Below are positions 23,048-30,922 of a stretch of 35,336 nt of DNA, in pieces; within the stretch, counting starts at the first letter, position 1, and the number at the start of each line of letters is the position of its first letter. The position numbers and the translations under genes are program-made. The notes under the pieces were generated by a model, which was given only the letters and a program-made list of their open reading frames with translations, was not told where the DNA came from and did no database searches. The DNA comes from an uncultured Verrucomicrobiota bacterium (GTDB taxonomy: Bacteria; Verrucomicrobiota; Kiritimatiellia; RFP12; UBA1067): NCBI GenBank assembly GCA_946543025.1, contig CAMNLN010000001.1, forward strand, positions 1 through 35,336, in the 5' to 3' direction.

Positions 23048-23899
23048 TTACCCTTCTTTGAGGGTTCCGGTCAAGGCGAGAAGTACGTCTTCTTCCGTGA
23101 CCACCCCCAGCTCCGCGCCAGTCGTCTCGTCGCACACCACTGCCACCGGACTGCGGTTTCGCCGCATGAGCGGCAGGATGTCGTCGCCGTGCGTCATCGC
23201 CGGGATGCAGAAATGTCCCGCCTTTCCGGGGCGGCGGTATTCCTTCAGCTCCGCGAGGTTCTTCTCGGTGGCCGCGTGCATGAGGTCCTTCGCAAACGTC
23301 GCCTGCAGCATCAGCACGCGGTCGATCAGCCGCCGCTCAAACTGCGTGAGGCGCGTCGCGTCGTGGCGGTCGGCCACCAGCATCCGCAGGCCGTCGCGCG
23401 AGACGCCCAGCCGCAGGGAACGCGGCTGCCGCACACGGAAGACGACGCGCACGAACGCCGAGAACGCCGCCACCGGCACCGCCAGGATCGTCGCCGCCAC
23501 GCGATAGGGTTGCGCGGCCAGCAAGGAACGGCGGAGCGGGCGCGAAGCGAAGATCAGCTTCGGCAGGTACTCGCCCAGGAACAGCATCAGCACGGCCGCT
23601 ACGAGAGACCATACCGACCGCGCGGCCGGCATGTTCCAGAAGAGGCGCGCGCCAAGCGCCGCCGTCGCGGTGGAAAACAGCACGGACGCCAGGTTGTTCC
23701 CCACGAGCAGCGTCGTCAGCACGCGCGACATGTCGCCCAGGATCCGAGCCAGACGCTTCGCGCGCGGCGCGGACTGGCGTACGAGCGAGAGAAGCCGAAC
23801 GCGCGGCACGGAGAGGAAGCCCGTCTCCACGCCCGCGAAGAATCCAGCCGCCGCCACGGAAACGCCCATGAGGAGAAAAAGGATCGCCGTCTTCATCAT
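23048..23899 (-). CDS. CNNM/DUF21 transmembrane domain protein with reduced CBS region (CorB/GldE-like paralogue 2)
   Basis: FFAGVETGFLSV, LLVGNNLASV and LGEYLPKLIF are DUF21 signatures, followed by a short cytosolic CBS-like tail. ATGA overlap with the upstream paralogue at 23896-23899. Confidence 0.8.
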   Translation of the reverse strand: MMKTAILFLLMGVSVAAAGFFAGVETGFLSVPRVRLLSLVRQSAPRAKRLARILGDMSRVLTTLLVGNNLASVLFSTATAALGARLFWNMPAARSVWSLVAAVLMLFLGEYLPKLIFASRPLRRSLLAAQPYRVAATILAVPVAAFSAFVRVVFRVRQPRSLRLGVSRDGLRMLVADRHDATRLTQFERRLIDRVLMLQATFAKDLMHAATEKNLAELKEYRRPGKAGHFCIPAMTHGDDILPLMRRNRSPVAVVCDETTGAELGVVTEEDVLLALTGTLKEG

Positions 23900-24870
23900 C
23901 GGTCGTCGTCCTCCTCGTCGTCGATCACGGGCTTGACGATCAGCTCAAGGATGTCCCCGCGCGTGATAATGCCCGCCGTACCGCCCCAGCGATCCTCCAC
24001 CAGGGCGATGCGCCGCCCCGTCTTCATGAAGAGGACAAGCAGATCGTCGAGGCCCTGATGCTCCGAGACGCGCAGCGGCGTGTCCGTGGCCGCCGCCACA
24101 TCCCGCGCCGGATCCGCCAGAAGGCGTTCCGTATCTAGGAAACCCTCGATGTGGTCCATGTCGTGCCGGTAGACCGGCAGGAACGGATAGTCGGATTCCT
24201 CCGCAAGCCGCACCTTCTCGGCGTCGGGCAGCGTCGCCTCAACGCCTGTGAGCCGTACGCGCGGCGTCATCTCGTTGAGCGCATAGAGATCCGGGAGTCG
24301 CATCACGCCCTCCACCATCGATGCCTCCTCGCGGTCGAGCTCGCCCGTCGCCGCGGCAGATTCCACCACCGCCCGCAGCTCGTCGTCCGAGAGCGCGCGC
24401 CGCTCCCGCGCGAGCAGGTCGCCGAACACGCGCGAACCGGCCACCATCAGCACGGAGAACGGCTTGAGAACAACCCGCCAGAACAGCAGCATCCGCACGC
24501 AGAAAGCCGCCATCCTCTCCGCATGGCGCATCGCGTACTGCTTCGGCAGAATCTCGCCAAACACCAGCAAAAGGAGCGTGAACGTCGCCACCGACACCGC
24601 CGCCGTCCCCGTTTCCACGAACCGCAGCGTCAGCATGTAGCCGAGCGAGGCGATCGCGAAGTTGACGAGCGTGTTGCCCGCGAGGATCGTCGAGAGGATG
24701 CGCGCCGGCTCCTTCTGCCAGCCGCCGATCCGCCGGGCGACGGACGGCTTCACGCGCTCCAGCGCCTGCAGCTGGCGCGGCGTCAGCGAAAACAGCACCG
24801 TCTCCGCCGAGGAAAAAAACGCTGAGAGCGCGAAGAGGACGACCAGGACTGAAACGAGGGCTGCGACCAT
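23896..24870 (-). CDS. CNNM/DUF21 + CBS-pair protein (CorB/GldE-like paralogue 1), no CorC_HlyC domain
   Basis: FFSSAETVLFSL, ILAGNTLVNF and FGEILPKQYA (DUF21). CBS pair (VMRLPDLYALNEMTPR...GIITRGDILE). Acidic tail DDEEDDDR. Confidence 0.85.
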   Translation of the reverse strand: MVAALVSVLVVLFALSAFFSSAETVLFSLTPRQLQALERVKPSVARRIGGWQKEPARILSTILAGNTLVNFAIASLGYMLTLRFVETGTAAVSVATFTLLLLVFGEILPKQYAMRHAERMAAFCVRMLLFWRVVLKPFSVLMVAGSRVFGDLLARERRALSDDELRAVVESAAATGELDREEASMVEGVMRLPDLYALNEMTPRVRLTGVEATLPDAEKVRLAEESDYPFLPVYRHDMDHIEGFLDTERLLADPARDVAAATDTPLRVSEHQGLDDLLVLFMKTGRRIALVEDRWGGTAGIITRGDILELIVKPVIDDEEDDDR

Positions 24871-25665
24871 TTAGTTCTCGAGTTCACGCAGGGAATCGAC
24901 CGTGATCTTCGTGCGATGGCGCGAACCGAGCGTCTCCACCTCCAGCACGGAAACCATCCACCGTTCGCCGTCGAATTTCTTCACGCGCGTCCCCCACAGG
25001 CGGCGCATCGGCTTCATCTCCCCATCGAGCTGCTCGGCCTGCATCAGGCATCCCGTCTTGCGGTCAGCCCATAGGCGTACGCCCGCGAGACCGGAAATCT
25101 TCGTCGGCGGCTTGACGAGGATCACGGAACATTTCTGCCCGTGGACGCTCTCGCCCTCGCGCTCGGCCTCGTAGGCGGCATCCGTCCACCACAGGAAGTC
25201 GAACGTCAGGTCGAGCCACGTCACGTCCGTTTCCATCACGCGTTCCAGCAAGGACGGAACCGTCGCTTCGCCCGGCGCGTCGGCCTTCGCCAGCTGGATG
25301 GTCGGCGGCCGCGCGCCGCGTCGCGAGACGGAGACGGTGGCCAGGAGGTTCGTCTCGCCACGCGGCGTCAGGCGGACGGTCATGAGCGTGACGTCGGGCG
25401 CGCGCCTCATCACGAGCGCGTAGTCGTACTCGCGGGAGACGATTCCGCGCCGATTGCGCAGGATCAAGGCCCCCTTCAGCTCGACAGGCCGCGTCGGCAA
25501 CATTTCCCTGCACGCCCGCAGCACGTCCGCCGCCGAAGACTCCAGCGTCAGCTTCGGCGGCATCTTCGCGAACTCCTGCACCGCCGTCTCCTCGGATCCG
25601 TCGGCACGGACAGACGGCACGAACGCGACCAGACACGCGGCAACAAGCAGCCATTCGCCTTTCAT
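24871..25665 (-). CDS. LolA-like outer-membrane lipoprotein-sorting protein family member
   Basis: Signal MKGEWLLVAACLVAFVPSVRA. TDVTWLDLTFDFLWW and a GQKCSVILVKP-type beta-half-barrel pattern. Start ambiguous (ATG 25665 with GAGGGG 6 nt upstream; alternatives ATG 25671, GTG 25686). The stop directly abuts the next ATG at 24870. Confidence 0.65.
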   Translation of the reverse strand: MKGEWLLVAACLVAFVPSVRADGSEETAVQEFAKMPPKLTLESSAADVLRACREMLPTRPVELKGALILRNRRGIVSREYDYALVMRRAPDVTLMTVRLTPRGETNLLATVSVSRRGARPPTIQLAKADAPGEATVPSLLERVMETDVTWLDLTFDFLWWTDAAYEAEREGESVHGQKCSVILVKPPTKISGLAGVRLWADRKTGCLMQAEQLDGEMKPMRRLWGTRVKKFDGERWMVSVLEVETLGSRHRTKITVDSLRELEN

Positions 25666-25675
25666 CTTCATCCCC

Positions 25676-26881
25676 TCACTTCTCACCCTTCAGCAGCTTT
25701 TCCAACGCGGCCGAAGGCGGCCCGCCGACAAGACGCCCCATCTCGTAGTACTGGCGGGCGGCTTCCACGCTCTCGCCCATCTGCAGGACAAGGTTGGCCA
25801 GGTTGTAGTAGGGAAGATAGGATTTGGGGTGCGTACGCATGGCCTTTTCAAGCGTGCGCCGCGCGGCGTAGTTGCTGCCCATGCCCGTCTGGGCGGCAGC
25901 CTTCAGCAAAAGCACGTTCAGGTCGTCCGGCTTCTCCTGCATCAGATCTTCGAGCAGCAGGTCGGCCGCGATGTAGTCCTTGTTGCGGACTTCGGCGAGC
26001 GCCGTCTTCAGGCGATACTTGAAGTCGGACGCGGACGGAGTCCCTGCCACAGGCACAGGAGGCCTAGACGCTGTCGGCTTTGGCTCGGACGGCTTGGATT
26101 CAGGAGCCTTGGTCTCAGGCGGCTTAGGTTCAGACGGCTGGGGCGCGGCCGCCTCAGTTGCGACGGCAGGCGGCTCGTCTGCCTTCGGCGGCGTGTTCTC
26201 GACCGGCCGTTCCTGTTTGGGCGGCGGCTCGGCCACCCTGATGTCCGCGATGTCAGGAGTATGTTTCGAGCTTTGGTCGTCCTGATTCGCCTTGTTGTCC
26301 TGCGCGACCTTGTCGCCTTTCGGCTCCTTGGAATCCTTGTTCTCCTTGTCGCCCTTCTCCTTAAGGTCCTGGGAATCCTTGGCCTTGGCCTCCGAATTGG
26401 CCGTGTCGTCCGTCTTGTCTTGGACATCCTTGGCCTTGGCGGCAGATTGTTCCTCTTCCGGTTCCTTGATGCCGTGCTTCTTGTTCCACTTCTTCTGGAG
26501 TTCGCGCGTGTCCGTCACGGAAACGGCGCGCTCGTTGTCGTTCACCTGCGCGAAGCGGATCGCGTCCATCGCGGCCACGCAGGCGGCCCGTTTGTTGCGG
26601 AGAGGCGAGAACTCGGCCGTCTCGGCCCGGCCGGGATTCTCGCGCTCCACGCGATCCAGTTCGCCCAGGGCGAGCCGATAGTTTTCCAAGGCCGTTTCGC
26701 CGTTGCCTTTCAGCGCCTCGTCCTCGGCGATCTCGATATAGTTGTTGGCCTCCTCCAGGAGGCGATGCAGCCTGAGCGGCTTCGAGGGATCGTCCTCCTT
26801 GCTGCCGAACGGCCAGTACCACGCCCCCTGCGCGAGCAGTGCCGCGCAGAGGGTCACGACCAGAAACAAGACATGTCGCAT
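25676..26881 (-). CDS. Membrane-anchored TPR-repeat protein with long K/D/E/P-rich low-complexity linker
   Basis: ATG 26879-26881 with GAGGA SD. Anchor MRHVLFLVVTLCAALLAQGA. N- and C-terminal TPR-like helices (ALENYRLALGEL..., YLPYYNLANLVLQMGESVEAARQYYEMG). Central linker PSEPKPPETKAPESKPSEPKP. Confidence 0.75.
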   Translation of the reverse strand: MRHVLFLVVTLCAALLAQGAWYWPFGSKEDDPSKPLRLHRLLEEANNYIEIAEDEALKGNGETALENYRLALGELDRVERENPGRAETAEFSPLRNKRAACVAAMDAIRFAQVNDNERAVSVTDTRELQKKWNKKHGIKEPEEEQSAAKAKDVQDKTDDTANSEAKAKDSQDLKEKGDKENKDSKEPKGDKVAQDNKANQDDQSSKHTPDIADIRVAEPPPKQERPVENTPPKADEPPAVATEAAAPQPSEPKPPETKAPESKPSEPKPTASRPPVPVAGTPSASDFKYRLKTALAEVRNKDYIAADLLLEDLMQEKPDDLNVLLLKAAAQTGMGSNYAARRTLEKAMRTHPKSYLPYYNLANLVLQMGESVEAARQYYEMGRLVGGPPSAALEKLLKGEK

Positions 26882-26892
26882 GCCACCCGTCC

Positions 26893-28899
26893 TCACTTGG
26901 AATCCTTTAGCCCGCGGGCGAACGCGCGTACGCATTCAAACCACTCGTCTGGCGTACGGAAGCGTCCCGCGCCCGTCCAGCCGGCGCCCACCCAGTAGGT
27001 GAACGTGGCCGACGGCTGCAGCAGATAGATGCAGTTCTCCGCGTCGGAGGCGACCACGGGGCGCGCCTCGCCGGGCGGCAGCACGATCGCCGTGAGGACG
27101 GATCCGTTCTCCTTGTCGTCCACACCCTCCGGCTCGAAGTTCGCGATGAAGCCATTCTCCAGGTCGACCTTGAGGATGCCGTCGTGCTGGCGCTTTGCGG
27201 AAATGTCGAGGCCCGGACCGATCATGCGCGCGGGCTGCTCGCCCTTCGGCGTCACGTCGAACCGCATGAACGGCGTCCCGACCGTGACCGTGCCGCGCAC
27301 GACGTACGTCTCGTACTCCAGCTCGAACACGGCCTCGGTCGCCGTCTTGGAGATGACGCGCTGCGCCTTCCAGTTCTTCTCGTGGAACCAGCCGTCGCGG
27401 TTCAACGCGCCGATGCCGCCGACGCCGCGCCCCTTCGCCACCTTGTAGTTGTCCATTCCCTTGCCGTGGTTCTTGTGGTAAGAGCCTTCCGAACCGTGCA
27501 GCCACTTCTCCAGCACCGGATACGGCACGCACTTGTTGAACAGGTCGAAGCCGCTCGAGACGAGGCCCTGCCCCTTCGGCGCAGGCTCCATGATCACGGG
27601 GCCGTACGCGCGCATGCCGAAGTGGTCGTTCTCCCAGTAGAAGTCGTCCATGCGGTAGGGCGCGTAGCCACAGTCTACCGCCGCCACCGGGAGCGGCTCA
27701 AGACGGCTGAAGCGCAGCAGGGCCTCGAGGAAGTAGTAGTCCGCGTAGTTGAGGGGCACGTCAACCTCGCTGTTGCCCGGCTTGTGGCCGACGGAATGCA
27801 TCAGCAGGAAGTCGCCGTTCTCGCCCTGCTTGGCGAAGTAGGCGGACGAGGCCATCGCCGTAAGCATCTTCACGGCGGCGGCGCGGTACTTCGCCGCCTT
27901 CGACGGAGGTGCGAACGCCTGGAGCTCGAGGAGCGCGCTCGCGGTGACCGCAGAGGCTGAGACGTCGCGCTCCTCTCCGGGGAAGGAGAAGTCCCACCAG
28001 GAGATGCCGTCCTCGGGGAGGTTCGGCTCGTCGAGCCAATAGTCCGCCGCGCTCATCGCGCGCTCGAGGTATTTCTTCACGCGCGTCTCGCGATACATCA
28101 TGGTGAAGCCGTAGATGCCCCAGGCGTGCCCGCGCGCCCAGGTGCCCTCGACGTTGCCGCCCTGGCCGGAATAGTGGGCGCGCACGCGGCAGGTGACCGG
28201 ATCATAGTCGAGGATGTGGTAGGCGCTGCCGTTCGGACGGTAGTGGTGCGCGTCCGTGACGTCGGCCTGACTGCGCGCGATCTTGTCCGACTTCGGATCG
28301 CCGCCGTTCTTCGCGTCCCACTCGAGGAGCTCGAGGTTCATCATGTTGTCGATGATCACGATGTACTTCGTGCCGAAGTGGCCGCCGCCCTTCTTGGGCG
28401 AGTTCCAGCTACGGATGAGGCCGAGCTTGTCGTCGTAGCGCGTGCGGAGCGCGGCGGAGGTGTCGTGCAGAAACTCGGCGTAGCGCTTGTCTCCCGTGAG
28501 GCGAAGGCCGTTGCCGGCAGAGCAGTAGGTACGGAAGCCCACGTCATGGTTGCTCGCGTCGTGGCGCAACGGCTCGATCAGCCGTTCGGTGTAGGCCGCG
28601 GCCTGCTCCTTCCAGAACGGGTCTTTCGTGTACTCGTAGAGATACCACAAAGAGCCGGGGAAGAATCCGCTGCACCAGTCCTTCGGCGGGATGACGACAA
28701 GCTTGCCGTCCTGGAAGCGCTTCGGGAACCTGTCCGGCTCCTGCGCCTTCATCGCCTCAAGCAGGGCACGGTAATGGTCCGTCGCCTTCGCGAAGATGGA
28801 TGGCAGCTGCGCCGCAAGCGTCGCCTCGTCGGCCGGGACGGCGGCCTGCGTCGCAAACGAAACCGCCGCGACAAGAGTAGCAATCATGAGGTTCTTCAT
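26893..28899 (-). CDS. Secreted GH88 unsaturated glucuronyl hydrolase fused to a C-terminal DUF4861 domain
   Basis: Signal MKNLMIATLVAAVSFATQAA. GH88 blocks NHDVGF, IIDNMMNLELL, WARGHAWGIYGF (about nt 27715-28827). C-terminal ~265 aa with FYWENDHFGMRAYGP, typical of DUF4861 (about nt 26893-27702). Confidence 0.85.
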   Translation of the reverse strand: MKNLMIATLVAAVSFATQAAVPADEATLAAQLPSIFAKATDHYRALLEAMKAQEPDRFPKRFQDGKLVVIPPKDWCSGFFPGSLWYLYEYTKDPFWKEQAAAYTERLIEPLRHDASNHDVGFRTYCSAGNGLRLTGDKRYAEFLHDTSAALRTRYDDKLGLIRSWNSPKKGGGHFGTKYIVIIDNMMNLELLEWDAKNGGDPKSDKIARSQADVTDAHHYRPNGSAYHILDYDPVTCRVRAHYSGQGGNVEGTWARGHAWGIYGFTMMYRETRVKKYLERAMSAADYWLDEPNLPEDGISWWDFSFPGEERDVSASAVTASALLELQAFAPPSKAAKYRAAAVKMLTAMASSAYFAKQGENGDFLLMHSVGHKPGNSEVDVPLNYADYYFLEALLRFSRLEPLPVAAVDCGYAPYRMDDFYWENDHFGMRAYGPVIMEPAPKGQGLVSSGFDLFNKCVPYPVLEKWLHGSEGSYHKNHGKGMDNYKVAKGRGVGGIGALNRDGWFHEKNWKAQRVISKTATEAVFELEYETYVVRGTVTVGTPFMRFDVTPKGEQPARMIGPGLDISAKRQHDGILKVDLENGFIANFEPEGVDDKENGSVLTAIVLPPGEARPVVASDAENCIYLLQPSATFTYWVGAGWTGAGRFRTPDEWFECVRAFARGLKDSK

Positions 28900-28926
28900 T
28901 TCGTCTCCTTCTCTCTGACGGGCAGA

Positions 28927-28956
28927 AGTATATCATGGATTCGCGTGCCCGCGCAA
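28927..28956 (-). promoter_or_regulatory. Sigma70-type promoter for the nine-gene GH88...lpxC unit
   Basis: Minus strand reads TTGCGC (28951-28956), an 18-nt spacer ending TGa, then TATACT (28927-28932). The leader of about 20 nt carries AAGGAGA. Confidence 0.45.
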
Positions 28957-28963
28957 CCACCCG

Positions 28964-28993
28964 TTGCCAATCGGCCTCTTCCTTTAGTATACT
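28964..28993 (+). promoter_or_regulatory. Sigma70-type promoter abutting the CPBP protease start (leaderless candidate)
   Basis: TTGCCA (28964-28969), an 18-nt spacer, TATACT (28988-28993), then 6 nt and ATG 29000. No SD. Confidence 0.4.
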
Positions 28994-28999
28994 TGCGCC

Positions 29000-29719
29000 A
29001 TGCTTCCTTCCCGCTACAACCTGATTCATGCTCTCGCGGCGACGGCCGTTCTGCTGACGGTGGTCTTCTGGCAGGGCGTCGCCCCCTTCTGGCAGCAGTT
29101 CGTCTACGGGCTCGCCGTGCCGATGACGCCCTCCGTCATGCTGCAGACCTTTCTCCTCACGGCGGCACTGTTCGGCACGCTCTGGCTGGTACTGTGGGCA
29201 TCCTCGCTCTTGGCCGGTCTCAAATCCACGAATGCCACGGCCGACCGCATGCCGCTGCGCGCCGCCGTCGCCCTCGCCGCGCGCTGGTCGCCGCTGATCA
29301 TCGCCGTCGCCCTCGGCCTCAACTGGCTCTGCGCCGCCGGCATCGAGCGGTTCGCGGGAGTCGAGCCGTCCGACCAGGAACTCGTCAAGTGCTTCACGGA
29401 CAGCTCCACGCCCCTGGGCTTCCGTCTCGCCCTTGGATTCCTCGTCCTTTTCGAGGCACCGCTTTTCGAGGAGCCGCTGTTTCGCGGCGTGCTGTTCCGG
29501 GGTTTCGCGGCGGCACTTCCCGTCTGGGCGGCGATGGCGCTCTCCGGCGTGCTTTTCGCGATCGTACACGTGAACGCGGCGTCCTTCCTCGCGCTCTGCT
29601 TCCTCGGCTGTGCGTTCGCCGAGCTCTACCGGCGCACCGGCACGATCCTCGCGCCGATGACGGCCCACGCCCTCTTCAACGCCGCGAACCTCGCCCTTCT
29701 GCCGTTTGTCGCGCCCTGA
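29000..29719 (+). CDS. CPBP (CAAX/Abi) family intramembrane glutamic metalloprotease
   Basis: Polytopic protein. EEPLFRGVLFRG (motif 1), FAIVH (motif 2), HALFNAANL (motif 3). Confidence 0.85.
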   Translation: MLPSRYNLIHALAATAVLLTVVFWQGVAPFWQQFVYGLAVPMTPSVMLQTFLLTAALFGTLWLVLWASSLLAGLKSTNATADRMPLRAAVALAARWSPLIIAVALGLNWLCAAGIERFAGVEPSDQELVKCFTDSSTPLGFRLALGFLVLFEAPLFEEPLFRGVLFRGFAAALPVWAAMALSGVLFAIVHVNAASFLALCFLGCAFAELYRRTGTILAPMTAHALFNAANLALLPFVAP

Positions 29720-29722
29720 CGG

Positions 29723-29751
29723 TTGCCAACGCGGCCGAAATCTGCTAGAAT
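29723..29751 (+). promoter_or_regulatory. Sigma70-type promoter for yebC-VOC-murC/murB
   Basis: TTGCCA (29723-29728), a 17-nt spacer ending TGc, then TAGAAT (29746-29751). AAGGAG at 29775-29780, ATG at 29788. Confidence 0.6.
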
Positions 29752-29787
29752 ACGCCGAAACTTTTCAAAACCATAAGGAGACTATCA

Positions 29788-30555
29788 ATGTCAGGTCACA
29801 GCCACTGGGCCACAATCAAGCGCGCGAAAGGCGCGGCCGACGCGAAGAAGGGCAAGATCTTCTCGAAGCTCGGCAAGGAAATCACAATCGTCGTGAAGGC
29901 CAAGGGCGGCGATCCGAACACCAACCCCACGCTCCGCACGCTCATCGCGAAGGCGAAGGCGGCCCAGATGCCGAACGACAACATCGACCGCGCCATCAAG
30001 AAGGGCACGGGCGAACTCGAGTCCGCCGCGCTCGTCGACGCCACCTACGAGGGCATCAAGGGCGGCATCGCCATCGTCGTCACCGTGCTTACCGACAACA
30101 AGAACCGCGCCGCCGCCGAAGTCGGCAACGTCTTCAAGAAGAACGGCACCGAGCTCGCCAAGCAGGGCAGCGCCGCGCGCCTCTTCGACCGCATGGGGCA
30201 GATCATGATCCCGGCCGCCGACGGCCTCGACGAGGACAAGGTGATGGAAGTGGCCCTCGAGGCCGGCGCCGAGGACGTCCTTTCCGAGGACGGCGGCTTC
30301 ACCGTCAAGTGCCAGCCCTCCGACTTCACCGCCGTGCTCGAAGCCATCAAGGGCGCCGGCATCGCGGTTGACGAGGAAAACTCCGAGGAGCGCGCCCTCA
30401 TCCCCAACATGACCGCTCCCGTAGACGACGTCGCCGTCGCCAAGGCCATCAACAAGTTCGTCGAGATGCTCGAGAACCTCGAGGACGTGCAGGACGTCTA
30501 CACCAACATGGAGACGTCGGACGCCGTGGACGCCGCGCTCGAAGCCGAGGGTTGA
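29788..30555 (+). CDS. yebC: YebC/PmpR-family transcriptional regulator / translation-associated protein
   Basis: MSGHSHWATIKRAKGAADAKKGKIFSKLGKEI is the invariant YebC N-terminus. 255 aa. Confidence 0.92.
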   Translation: MSGHSHWATIKRAKGAADAKKGKIFSKLGKEITIVVKAKGGDPNTNPTLRTLIAKAKAAQMPNDNIDRAIKKGTGELESAALVDATYEGIKGGIAIVVTVLTDNKNRAAAEVGNVFKKNGTELAKQGSAARLFDRMGQIMIPAADGLDEDKVMEVALEAGAEDVLSEDGGFTVKCQPSDFTAVLEAIKGAGIAVDEENSEERALIPNMTAPVDDVAVAKAINKFVEMLENLEDVQDVYTNMETSDAVDAALEAEG

Positions 30556-30559
30556 TCCC

Positions 30560-30922
30560 ATGAAGCTCGAACACGTCGGCTACAACGTCGCCGAGCCCCA
30601 GAAGCTCATGGACTGGTGGTGCGCGAACCTGGGATTCAAGCAGGTTCATCCCGCGTTCATCGTGGACTCCACCGGACAGATGGCCATCGAGTTCTACAAC
30701 AACCCGGCCGCGCCTGTCCCCGACTGGGCGAACATGTCGCCGCTCGCGATGCACATCGCGTTCCTGTCGGACGACGTCGACGCCGAGGCCAAGCGCCTTG
30801 TGGCCGCCGGCGCCACCTTGCTCGAGACCGTCCACAAGGACGGCTTCGACATGGTGATGCTGCGCGATCCGTTCGGCATGGCCATCCAATTCGTGAAACG
30901 TGGGAATCCCATCCTGCTGTGA
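30560..30922 (+). CDS. VOC (glyoxalase/bleomycin-resistance/dioxygenase) superfamily protein
   Basis: 120 aa. MKLEHVGYNVAEP...HIAFLSDDVD...MLRDPFGMAIQF shows the beta-alpha-beta-beta-beta pattern with His/Glu metal positions. Confidence 0.75.
   Translation: MKLEHVGYNVAEPQKLMDWWCANLGFKQVHPAFIVDSTGQMAIEFYNNPAAPVPDWANMSPLAMHIAFLSDDVDAEAKRLVAAGATLLETVHKDGFDMVMLRDPFGMAIQFVKRGNPILL

Noticed and set aside
20601-24058. Plus-strand ORFs 20601..22670 (689 aa) and 21842..24058 (738 aa)
   Set aside because: Antisense to the murC-like, AsmA-like and CNNM genes. Low-complexity Arg/Pro/Ser products.
25454-29748. Plus-strand ORFs 25454..26998 (514 aa), 27184..27960 (258 aa) and 28126..29748 (540 aa)
   Set aside because: Antisense to TPR and GH88 or out of frame with the CPBP gene. 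28126..29748 would run through two promoters and the divergent intergenic region.
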